A stretch of 64,000 nt of DNA from Acidobacteriota bacterium. GTDB taxonomy: Bacteria; Acidobacteriota; UBA6911. A program made the position numbers and the translations under genes. Positions within the stretch are counted from its first letter, which is position 1. Each line of letters opens with the position of its first letter. Location: positions 4,416,001-4,480,000 of the forward strand of contig OY761556.1 in NCBI GenBank assembly GCA_963664705.1, given 5' to 3'. Of this stretch, positions 1-8,640 are shown one piece after another. Under the pieces are notes generated by a model, which saw nothing but the letters and a program-made list of their open reading frames with translations, did not search any database and was not told the origin of the DNA.

Positions 1-424
1 TCGCCCGGTGAAACCGACGGGTCTTCCATTCTTCCGGCGTTGGCTTATCCCCGGGGAAAATGGGCATGGTCCCGGCAGGCAACGGAACAAACTCGATCGC
101 ACCGAACGGACATGCCATCAGGCAAAGCTTGCACCCGACACACCGCGTGGTATCCACAACGGTCCGACCGTTGACCCTCGAAATGGCGGACATCTGGCAG
201 ACGTTGCGGCAGGGAGCATCCACGCAGTGATGGCATTGCACCGGCGCCGAGAGGTCGTCCGTAACCATGACGAAAAGCCTCGGGATAAAAACGCCGGCCG
301 CTGCGCCGGCTGTATTCGCCTTTGATTCGGCATGCACCACAGCGCATGCCACTTCACAGGTGCGGCATCCGATGCACTTTTCAGCATCACTCTGAACGAA
401 AGGGCTGAACTGTTCCGTGCTCAA
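1..424 (-). CDS. 4Fe-4S dicluster electron-transfer protein (HydN/CooF/HycB family), 3' end truncated by window edge
   Basis: Absent from the ORF track. Manual translation from TTG 424 (GGAG RBS at 435-432): MSTEQFSPFVQSDAEKCIGCRTCEVAC...QCHHCVDAPCRNVC...RCVGCKLCLMACPFGAI. These are ferredoxin-type Cys clusters. Confidence 0.9.
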   Translation of the reverse strand, partial: MSTEQFSPFVQSDAEKCIGCRTCEVACAVVHAESKANTAGAAAGVFIPRLFVMVTDDLSAPVQCHHCVDAPCRNVCQMSAISRVNGRTVVDTTRCVGCKLCLMACPFGAIEFVPLPAGTMPIFPGDKPTPEEWKTRRFHRA

Positions 425-817
425 TTTCACACTCCATGACAGGGATGGCCATCCGTAATCTTGCTATGCCGGTGCTTCTGCGGAATTTAATAGAATATCC
501 TGCGGATTCACACGGTTGTCTGCGGCGGCTTCAACCCATATCTTATACACATACTACGTTTGCAGCGGCGCAATCTGACGAGCCGAGCCCTCTGGCATTC
601 TCGTAAGGATAACTATGCCGCTGATCTGAACCAACGACGAGCGCAGGGATACTATCATAAGGAATACTTCTAAAGATAGTTAAAACTCATTATCAAAATG
701 ACAGGCAGAAAGCCCCTGAATCCGAGTGGAGCGCTCCGGATTTCAGCCTTGCAACCCTGTGATCTACAACCTTATATCTGTCATACTAAGAGCTCCCCCC
801 TAAGCCGGGAGAGATCC

Positions 818-3265
818 ATGGGGCTCAAAGAATATCAGCGGAAACGAGATTTCACCCGCACGCCCGAACCCAAGGGAAGTGATCCGCAAAAACCAGGCAA
901 TGACTATCTCATCCAGAAGCACGCAGCACGACAACTTCACTATGACTTCAGGCTGGAACTGGATGGTGTTCTGCTCAGTTGGGCGGTTCCGAAAGGGCCC
1001 AGCCTGGACCCTGGAGAACGAAGACTGGCCGTTCACGTTGAAGACCATCCCCTTGAATATGGCACATTTGAAGGCACCATCCCCGCGGGCGAATATGGCG
1101 GTGGGACTGTTCTGCTCTGGGACCGAGGCACCTGGGAGCCGGAAGGGGATCCACATGAAGGACTGCGCCGCGGCGACTTCAAATTCCAGCTTCACGGCGA
1201 AAAACTGCGCGGCCGATGGGTTCTGGTTCGCATGGGGAAGCAATCGGCACGGGAAAACGCAAAGGAAAACTGGCTCCTGATAAAACACTCCGATTCGGAG
1301 GCATCGCCGCTCGCTGAAAGAGACATCCTTCTGGAAAGGCCCGAAAGCGTGGTCAGCGGACGCGGAATGGATCAGATTGCTTCAGCCCAGGGCGCGGAAT
1401 GGAAAAACGGAGGGGCGGTTCCTCCCCATCAACCACAGCCCGTTCCAGGAGCCCGGAAAGCCGAGTTGCCCTTAAAGGTGCGGCCTCAGCTGGCCACTCT
1501 CGTTTCGAGAATCCCAGAAGGAGACAACTGGCTGCACGAAATCAAGTTCGATGGATACCGTGCACTGTGCCGGATTGAAAATGGTCAGGCTTCCTTCTTC
1601 ACCCGCGAGGGGCACAACTGGACGGACAAATTCGGCCGGCTCCCCGAGGAAGCCGCAAGACTCCCCGTCCAAAGCGCCATTCTGGACGGTGAAGTGGTTG
1701 TGCTCCTTCCGAATGGCTCGACCAGTTTCCAGGCTCTGCAGGCTTCACTCGGGAAAGGGGGCGGCGCGCTTGTTTTCTTTGCTTTCGATCTTCTTTATCT
1801 GAACGGGTTCGACCTCCGGGATAGCCCCCTCGCCCCAAGAAAGGAGGCATTGGCTGCCATTCTGCAAGGCCGCTCGGAGGCAATACGCTTCAGCGATCAT
1901 ATTCTGGGCAGCGGCAAAGAGCTCTTTGAAAGAGCTGCCGAATATTCCTTGGAAGGCATTATTTCCAAACGAGCCGACCGTCCATATGTTTCCGGCCGCT
2001 CGACGGATTGGTTGAAGATAAAGTGCCTCAACAGCCAGGAATTCCTGGTGGGTGGATTCACCAATCCATCAGGAACTCGACAGGGGTTCGGAGCCCTGCT
2101 GGTGGGGACTCTGGATGACGGAATCCTCATCTATCGTGGCAAGGTTGGCACCGGCTATTCCGACAAGGCACTGGCGGAATTGAGGCTGCGGCTGGATAGC
2201 TTACTGCGGCCGGAATCCCCTTTCTCAAACATGCCGAAGGAAATATCCCCGCGCGGCGTTCACTGGGTAAATCCAGAACTGACCATCCAGGTTAAGTTTG
2301 CGGCGTGGACTCGCGACGGCCTTCTCCGGCATCCTTCCTTTCTGGGATTGCGCGAAGATAAAGATCCCCAAGACGTGCACTTCGAAAACAAGCCGGTTGC
2401 CCCGATAGTTCGCCGAGGAATCGGGGCCAACAAACAAAACCATGAGGTTGCCGGAGTCAAGATCACCAATCCGGACAAGGTACTATATCCGGAAGCCGGA
2501 ATAACAAAGATTGAGTTGGCCCGCTATTACGAAGCCATCGCCGAATGGGCAATGCCGCGCATTGCTCAAAGGCCGCTCATGCTTCTGCGCAGCCCGGAGG
2601 GTATCGGGAAAAAGGGCTTTTATCAGAAGCACGCCTCCGACTCAGTGCCGGACAGTATTCTTCGCATACGGCTGAATGAACAGGGAGACGAGGAAGCCGG
2701 GATTGCCATCAACTCGGTGGCCGGGCTCATCTCGCTGGCCCAGATGGACACGCTGGAAATCCACGCGTGGGGATGCCGGATTGACCAAATGGACAATCCG
2801 GATTTGATGATCCTCGATTTGGACCCGGATCCGGCCGTACCATGGAAGCAGGTCGTGGCAGCTGCACACGAAATCAGGGCCCTCCTTCAAAGCATTGGAT
2901 TGACTCCATTTGTCAAGACAACGGGAGGGAAAGGCCTGCATATCGAAACTCCCTGGATTCGAAAAGCCACCTGGGATGAAATGAAAACCTTCTCGAAACA
3001 GATCGCCGAAACGCTGTCGAAAGAATACCCGGATCGATATATAGCGGTCATGTCCAAGGTTCGAAGACAAGGGAAGATATTTGTGGACTACCTGCGAAAT
3101 GGTCGTGGAGCCACGGCTATTTGCCCCTTTTCAACGCGCGCTCGTCCCGGAGCACCGGTAGCCATGCCGATTGAGTGGGATGAACTCACTCCGGATCTTC
3201 GTCCCGACCAATTCACTATTCGCAACCTGCCAAAATTTACCAATGGGATCAAACCCGGGAAGTGA
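818..3265 (+). CDS. ligD: DNA ligase D (phosphoesterase + ATP-dependent ligase + primase/polymerase domains)
   Basis: PE motifs QKHAARQLHYDFRLE and SWAVPKGPSLDP; ligase EIKFDGYR and EGIISK; Pol KTTGGKGLH and FVDYLRNGRGAT. Start moved to ATG 818 behind GGGAGAG. Confidence 0.95.
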   Translation: MGLKEYQRKRDFTRTPEPKGSDPQKPGNDYLIQKHAARQLHYDFRLELDGVLLSWAVPKGPSLDPGERRLAVHVEDHPLEYGTFEGTIPAGEYGGGTVLLWDRGTWEPEGDPHEGLRRGDFKFQLHGEKLRGRWVLVRMGKQSARENAKENWLLIKHSDSEASPLAERDILLERPESVVSGRGMDQIASAQGAEWKNGGAVPPHQPQPVPGARKAELPLKVRPQLATLVSRIPEGDNWLHEIKFDGYRALCRIENGQASFFTREGHNWTDKFGRLPEEAARLPVQSAILDGEVVVLLPNGSTSFQALQASLGKGGGALVFFAFDLLYLNGFDLRDSPLAPRKEALAAILQGRSEAIRFSDHILGSGKELFERAAEYSLEGIISKRADRPYVSGRSTDWLKIKCLNSQEFLVGGFTNPSGTRQGFGALLVGTLDDGILIYRGKVGTGYSDKALAELRLRLDSLLRPESPFSNMPKEISPRGVHWVNPELTIQVKFAAWTRDGLLRHPSFLGLREDKDPQDVHFENKPVAPIVRRGIGANKQNHEVAGVKITNPDKVLYPEAGITKIELARYYEAIAEWAMPRIAQRPLMLLRSPEGIGKKGFYQKHASDSVPDSILRIRLNEQGDEEAGIAINSVAGLISLAQMDTLEIHAWGCRIDQMDNPDLMILDLDPDPAVPWKQVVAAAHEIRALLQSIGLTPFVKTTGGKGLHIETPWIRKATWDEMKTFSKQIAETLSKEYPDRYIAVMSKVRRQGKIFVDYLRNGRGATAICPFSTRARPGAPVAMPIEWDELTPDLRPDQFTIRNLPKFTNGIKPGK

Positions 3266-3317
3266 AAAAATGCGGATTCTTTAAGGATGTTGTTCGCACT
3301 GTCCGATGGAAATCCCT

Positions 3318-4067
3318 ATGGAAGCGAACACGAAAGTGACAGCGTTCAATTGCCCAAATTGCGGGGCTGCGGTTGCACCGGACAGTCCCTCATGCAGTTA
3401 TTGTAAATCCACGGTTGCGGCTCGCGTGTGTCCTGCCTGTTTTGGTGCGGTTGCGATCGGGATGCGGCATTGCCCTCACTGTGGGGCGGAAGCCATCGGT
3501 TCAATATCGGCCAAGGCTGGCCCGCAGCATTGCCCGCGCTGTGATGCGAGCCTGCGGGAGCAAAACGTGGGGAAAAGTGCCATCAGCATCTGCACTCAAT
3601 GCGGGGGTCTCTGGGTTGGAAAGAATGTCTTCCAGGAAATCTGCACGCGTGAGGAAGAACAGGAAGCGGTCCTGTCATTCAAGCAGGAACCCATTGCAAC
3701 GGTTCCGCAAACCTCCGCGCGAAGACCACAGCGCGCCTACATCCCCTGCCCCGAATGCGGGAAATTGATGAATCACAAAAACTTCTCCGGTTCCGGCACT
3801 ATCCTGGACTGGTGCCGGGATCACGGCAGTTGGTTCGATCGGAATGAATTGCAACAGATTGTTGGGTTTATTCGCGAAGGGGGCCTACGGAAAGCGCGGC
3901 AGCGCGAACAGCTCAAAATCAAGGAACAGGAAGACCAGTTGCGGCAAAGGGAATTCGCACTCGCTACGATGGAGCGGCGACTGGACCCCGGAAGCGACGT
4001 AAGGATGACCCTCTCGGGAAACGGCGATTCGCTTCTGGAATTTGTCGCAAAAATGTTTCTCAAATAG
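3318..4067 (+). CDS. multi-zinc-ribbon protein (double zinc ribbon + two zf-TFIIB-like fingers, C-terminal coiled coil)
   Basis: CPNC, CSYC, CPAC, CPHC, CPRC, CTQCGGLW, CPEC, WCRDHGSWFDRNEL. Start is 3306 or 3318. Confidence 0.75.
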   Translation: MEANTKVTAFNCPNCGAAVAPDSPSCSYCKSTVAARVCPACFGAVAIGMRHCPHCGAEAIGSISAKAGPQHCPRCDASLREQNVGKSAISICTQCGGLWVGKNVFQEICTREEEQEAVLSFKQEPIATVPQTSARRPQRAYIPCPECGKLMNHKNFSGSGTILDWCRDHGSWFDRNELQQIVGFIREGGLRKARQREQLKIKEQEDQLRQREFALATMERRLDPGSDVRMTLSGNGDSLLEFVAKMFLK

Positions 4068-4143
4068 GTCTTTACCAATATTTTAGTAGATAACCGCATC
4101 CCGGAATTACCAATCAGGCAAGGTCTATTTACTTAAGTACCGC

Positions 4144-4170
4144 TAACAGTTAGCCGGGAACTGCCGATAA
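4144..4170 (+). promoter_or_regulatory. putative sigma28 (FliA/WhiG-type) promoter for the pilus cluster
   Basis: TAAC-N15-GCCGATAA (perfect -10 box), about 90 nt upstream of the first pilin. Confidence 0.55.
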
Positions 4171-4260
4171 CAGTGTACGGATTGGTCGATGACATCGGAA
4201 TACCGCCAACCTTATTTGCATCGCGTATAGGTACCCCAATAGAGGAGGAGCGTTGTAAAC

Positions 4261-4869
4261 ATGAGTGAAAAAAACCAGAACGGTTTTACGCTGATTGAAG
4301 TAATTGTTGCGATAGCCGTGGTCGCAATCCTCGCAGGCATCATAACTCCGAGTGTGATCAAGCATCTGGATGATTCCAAACGTGCCCGGGCTCAAAACGA
4401 TTGCCTGGTCATTGGCTCATCCATCGCGAGTTTCTATAAGGATCTGGGCCGAATGCCCACCGCCAACGGATCCGGGACTGCAGCGGTTGTGTTGCTGGTC
4501 AGTCAAGGAAACGTTCCCACTCTCGGAACAGGCGTAACGATATGGAACCGCGCCACAACTAACGGCACCTGTGACCTTTTGTCCAATCACCTCTCAGCCA
4601 ACACACCCAAAAGCCAAAGCGCCTGGACCTATCCGGCTCCGCCTACAGAGCTTTCGTGGCGGGGACCTTATGCATCGTCGTTTCCCTCAGATCCGTGGGG
4701 AAACCGCTATGCCGTCAACATAGGCAACTGGAGCGCCGCCTATCCAGCGGTTTGGGTACTCTCGGCTGGGCCGGATGGCATTGTGCAGACGGCATTTAGC
4801 CCTGCAGCGCCTGCGGTAGGCACAACATTGGCCCCAAGTGGCGACGATATCGTCTACAGGCTTCGGTAG
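4261..4869 (+). CDS. prepilin / GspG-like major (pseudo)pilin
   Basis: Class III signal NG|FTLIEVIVAIAVVAILAG; GspG-like WRGPY...DPWGNRY...SAGPDG; strong RBS GAGGAGG. Confidence 0.85.
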   Translation: MSEKNQNGFTLIEVIVAIAVVAILAGIITPSVIKHLDDSKRARAQNDCLVIGSSIASFYKDLGRMPTANGSGTAAVVLLVSQGNVPTLGTGVTIWNRATTNGTCDLLSNHLSANTPKSQSAWTYPAPPTELSWRGPYASSFPSDPWGNRYAVNIGNWSAAYPAVWVLSAGPDGIVQTAFSPAAPAVGTTLAPSGDDIVYRLR

Positions 4870-4905
4870 GTGATTGCAATCCAACTGATTCCTATATCCA
4901 GAGCG

Positions 4906-4930
4906 CGGACGGAAAAACTCTTTCAGTCCG
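4906..4930 (+). terminator. intergenic stem-loop after the major pilin (possible mRNA-stabilising or partial terminator hairpin)
   Basis: CGGACGGAAA...TTTCAGTCCG, 10-bp stem with one mismatch, no U-tract. Confidence 0.3.
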
Positions 4931-4944
4931 GAGCTTAACAGGCT

Positions 4945-6642
4945 ATGGCTGAGGCACAGATTTCCACCGAATCAAGAAAGGGACTGCTGGGAGAGCAGTT
5001 GCTCGCCACCGGTGTTGTGACCGAGGCTCAACTTACAATTGCGCTTCAGCAACAGAGACGGACGGGCGAACTGCTCGGCGAAATATTGCGCAAGCTGGGG
5101 TTCCTGTCATCGGACGGCTTGTCCCTGGCGTTGGCTCACCAGTTTGGAGCAGAACACGTTGATCTGGATCATCTGGATCCTAGTGCCCAGTGCATCGCCA
5201 TGGTCCCGGAGAAGATGGCTCGCGAGCGCCATGTAGTTCCGGTGCGATTGCAAAGCGGTGTACTCACCGTGGCGATGGCCAACATCTATGATGTCGTAAC
5301 CATTTCAGAGATTGAAAGCAGCAACAACATCACGGTCCACGCTGTCTCCTCCTCCATGGATTCCATGCAGCGTGCCGTTGTCAGAATTTACGAACATGCC
5401 AGCTCCATGGAACAGCTCATCGACGACTGCATTGCGCGGGCAGCCGCAGATATCGGCGAGTCGTCCGAAGCGGCGCAGGATGCTCAGGACGCGCCCATCA
5501 TCCGCTTAGTTGAATTGATGCTGATTCGCTGTATCCGGCAAGAGGCCACCGATCTGCACATTGAGCCGGAGCAACAGCTTGTGCGAACGCGCATCCGGGT
5601 CGACGGCGTTTTGCAGTTGGGCAATGCTCTACCAAGATCCATTTTCCCCGCCGTGGTGGCACGTTTGAAGATCATGGCGGGTGCAAATATCGCGGAATCA
5701 CGTCAGCCTCAGGACGGGCGCATCAGCTACGTTCTTGACAGGCGAACCGTGGACATACGCGCCTCCTTTTTCCCAACCATATTCGGGGAAAATGTAGTCC
5801 TTCGATTTCTGGACCGATCCAAATTGATTGTCGGACTATCCCAGCTGGGCCTCAGCGATTCCAATTTCACTGACTTATGCCAGGCTTTATCGCACCCCTA
5901 TGGAATGATCCTGGTCACGGGCCCGACGGGATCCGGCAAGACAACCACTCTATATTCCGCGCTAAATTTCATGAACTCGCTGGAAAAAAACATCATGACC
6001 GTCGAGGATCCAGTCGAGTACGAAATCCCTCTGATACGCCAATCCCAGGTAAACCTGAAGGCCGGATTAACCTTCGCCACCGCTTTGCGTTCCTTTCTGC
6101 GCCAGGACCCCGATGTCATCCTGGTCGGAGAAATTCGCGACAGTGAAACAGCCGAGTTGAGCGTGCATGCGGCTCTGACAGGGCATATGCTGCTCTCCAC
6201 TCTGCATACCAATAATGCCTCGGGCGCCATCCCCCGTCTCGTCGAAATGGGGCAATCGCCTCACAGCCTTGCATCTTCATTAATACTTGTAGTTGCCCAG
6301 CGTCTGTTCAGGCGCATTTGTCCGGCATGCCGTGAACCCTATGCGCCGGAACCACGTAAGCTCGAGATGCTTGGACTGCCGCCCAATCATGACTACTACC
6401 ATGGGGCAGGCTGCCCAAAATGCAATTTCAGCGGCTATAAGGGCCGCGGCGGATTGTATGAAATACTGAAGGTGACGCCTGAGATCCAGAACCTGATCCT
6501 ATCCAAGGCTCCGCATCAGGAAGTTGCGCGGCAGGCCCGGTTGCAGGGCATGCGGACGCTGTCAGAAGATGCGATTGACAAGGTCTTGGCCGGCGTTACC
6601 GATGTCGAGGAATCCATACGCGTAACGTTTGAGGGATTCTAA
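4945..6642 (+). CDS. GspE/PilB/MshE-family assembly ATPase with N-terminal MshEN-like domain
   Basis: Walker A GPTGSGKTTT, TVEDPVE, LRQDPDVILVGEIRD, His box STLHTNN, CPAC/CPKC zinc motif. Confidence 0.93.
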   Translation: MAEAQISTESRKGLLGEQLLATGVVTEAQLTIALQQQRRTGELLGEILRKLGFLSSDGLSLALAHQFGAEHVDLDHLDPSAQCIAMVPEKMARERHVVPVRLQSGVLTVAMANIYDVVTISEIESSNNITVHAVSSSMDSMQRAVVRIYEHASSMEQLIDDCIARAAADIGESSEAAQDAQDAPIIRLVELMLIRCIRQEATDLHIEPEQQLVRTRIRVDGVLQLGNALPRSIFPAVVARLKIMAGANIAESRQPQDGRISYVLDRRTVDIRASFFPTIFGENVVLRFLDRSKLIVGLSQLGLSDSNFTDLCQALSHPYGMILVTGPTGSGKTTTLYSALNFMNSLEKNIMTVEDPVEYEIPLIRQSQVNLKAGLTFATALRSFLRQDPDVILVGEIRDSETAELSVHAALTGHMLLSTLHTNNASGAIPRLVEMGQSPHSLASSLILVVAQRLFRRICPACREPYAPEPRKLEMLGLPPNHDYYHGAGCPKCNFSGYKGRGGLYEILKVTPEIQNLILSKAPHQEVARQARLQGMRTLSEDAIDKVLAGVTDVEESIRVTFEGF

Positions 6643-6643
6643 A

Positions 6644-7846
6644 ATGCCGGTATTCCAATACGTGGCACGCAATGAAAGCGGCAGGGACCGATCCGGCGTG
6701 CTGCTCGCCCCGAATGAAGACGTTCTTTACGAAACGCTGCGGAAGCAGGGGCTTTTTCTGATGCAGAGCCGCATGCGCGGCCGGCACATGCTGAAACCGG
6801 ATCGAGTCAAGATCTCTTCCAAACAGCTGTTGGCTTTCACGATCCATATTTCCACATATCAACAGTCCGGAATTCCTCTGATGCAGACGCTGCAGGCGTT
6901 GTCGCGCGAATCCTCCGGCGTCCAGTTTCAGTCCATGATCGAAGGACTGATTAACCGCATATCCGGAGGGTCGTCCTTTTCCGAGGCTTTGTCGCAGTAT
7001 CCGCGCATCTTTGACAGACACTACATCCAGATGGTGACCACCGGTGAGGCCGCAGGACAATTGGATGCCCGCATGGAAGAACTGGTCGGCCACCTTGAAT
7101 GGCAGCAGGAGATTCGCTCGCAGGTCAGGCAAAGCAGCACCTATCCGGTCATTATTATCTCCATGCTTCTAGGCATCGTGACGCTCCTGATGACCTTTAC
7201 GCTGCCCAGGTTTGTGAAGCTGCTCGTGCAATTCAATGTACCGCTGCCGACGCCAACCCGCATGGTCATCGTTGCCTCTAATCTATTTTCACAATACTGG
7301 TATCTCCTCCCTTTGCTGGCAGCCGCCCCTTTTGCACTCATTTTCGGCCTCAAACGCACTCAAAGCGGACGCCTCCTGCTGGATAAGGCCAAATTGCACT
7401 TGCCGCTCCTGGGCCCGCTCAATCGCAAAATTGCCATGTCCCGTTTTGCGCATATATACAGTTGCCTCTATGCCGCCGGCATCGAAACTCTTTCCGCCTT
7501 GAGCATTGTCGAAGGGTTGGTAGGAAATCTGGTAATCGGCAAGGCGATCGCGCGCGTGCGGCAAGGAGTTTCAGCCGGGAAGTCCATATCCCAGCAGTTA
7601 TCCGAAGACGGCGAGTTTCCGCCATTTCTGGTGCACATGATGAGCGCCGGAGAAGAAAGCGGAAATCTGGACGCTACCTTGCGAAAAGTATCCCAATACT
7701 ACGATCGTGAGATACCCGCCGCCATCAAACGGGCTTTTTCCGTGCTTGAGCCATTGGTTCTAGTGGTCATGGGAGCACTGGTTGCATTTATCGCTTTATC
7801 TATTCTGCTGCCGATATATCAATTCGGGGCATCTATTAACAAATAA
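6644..7846 (+). CDS. GspF/PilC/MshG-family inner-membrane platform protein
   Basis: SGIPLMQTL, GEAAGQLD, GEESGNLD, LEPLVLVVMG; hydrophobic segments. Confidence 0.92.
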   Translation: MPVFQYVARNESGRDRSGVLLAPNEDVLYETLRKQGLFLMQSRMRGRHMLKPDRVKISSKQLLAFTIHISTYQQSGIPLMQTLQALSRESSGVQFQSMIEGLINRISGGSSFSEALSQYPRIFDRHYIQMVTTGEAAGQLDARMEELVGHLEWQQEIRSQVRQSSTYPVIIISMLLGIVTLLMTFTLPRFVKLLVQFNVPLPTPTRMVIVASNLFSQYWYLLPLLAAAPFALIFGLKRTQSGRLLLDKAKLHLPLLGPLNRKIAMSRFAHIYSCLYAAGIETLSALSIVEGLVGNLVIGKAIARVRQGVSAGKSISQQLSEDGEFPPFLVHMMSAGEESGNLDATLRKVSQYYDREIPAAIKRAFSVLEPLVLVVMGALVAFIALSILLPIYQFGASINK

Positions 7847-7851
7847 GCTCT

Positions 7852-8640
7852 ATGAGAAACAGGGATCAGGCACAGGGTTTTACGCTGATTGAAGTGATCA
7901 TCGTCATCGCAATCCTCGCGATCGTCGCCGGTGCAATGGCTCCCCTGGCGGTGCGAATGATCGACAGCACTCGCGAAGATACAACCGTAAAGCGACAGCA
8001 ACTGATCTATCGAGCGATTGTGGGAGATCCCTCGGCACCGGGAGCAGGCTTCCTGAGCGATATTGGAAGGGTCCCCGACGCCGCTCTGATGGAACTGGCG
8101 ACCAGCGGGGCATTACCGCTTTATGCGCTCGATCCTTGCGGTGTCGGTGCCGGCTGGCGCGGCCCCTACATCCTGGAGGGAGTAGATTCCAACGGCAGGC
8201 CTCTCGATGGATGGGGTAAGCCAATGGATTTTTCGGGTGGCCAGATTCGCAGCGGAGGACAGGACCAGGATCTGAACACGGCAGCCGACAATATCGTTTA
8301 CCCGTCAACGCCAATAACAGTAAACAATGTTACCTCAGGAATGAATCTGGGTGTACTTGCGCTGTCCACGGATGTCTCTCCGCCCGTATTCGCCCATGCC
8401 GGCGGACAGATCACTGTCTATTATGCTCAGGACGGAGTTATGCAGTCTCAATCCCTGGCCTCAGGATCCGGGACCTATAGCTACCCGTCCGCTGGTGATC
8501 CGGCATTGCCCCAGGGAATCCATGCGGTCACCATCAAGGCCGATCCCGATGGAGCCGGACCTCAGCCCGCGCTGACGCGTACCATAACGATATATTGCCC
8601 CGGAGGATCCACTGTTCATCAAACTGTTGCACTACGATGA
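7852..8640 (+). CDS. second prepilin-type (pseudo)pilin with C-terminal extension
   Basis: QG|FTLIEVIIVIAILAIVAG; WRGPYI...DGWGKPM. Confidence 0.85.
   Translation: MRNRDQAQGFTLIEVIIVIAILAIVAGAMAPLAVRMIDSTREDTTVKRQQLIYRAIVGDPSAPGAGFLSDIGRVPDAALMELATSGALPLYALDPCGVGAGWRGPYILEGVDSNGRPLDGWGKPMDFSGGQIRSGGQDQDLNTAADNIVYPSTPITVNNVTSGMNLGVLALSTDVSPPVFAHAGGQITVYYAQDGVMQSQSLASGSGTYSYPSAGDPALPQGIHAVTIKADPDGAGPQPALTRTITIYCPGGSTVHQTVALR

Noticed and set aside
8-390. ORF-track calls 8..325, 45..347 and 118..390
   Set aside because: These are shadow frames of the real minus-strand 4Fe-4S gene.
4110-4175. Possible c-di-GMP-I (GEMM) riboswitch upstream of the pilin (GGCAA...AGCCGGGAACTGCCGA)
   Set aside because: The GAAA-capped P2 stem and the GACGCAAA core are missing. 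The sequence is better explained as a sigma28 promoter.
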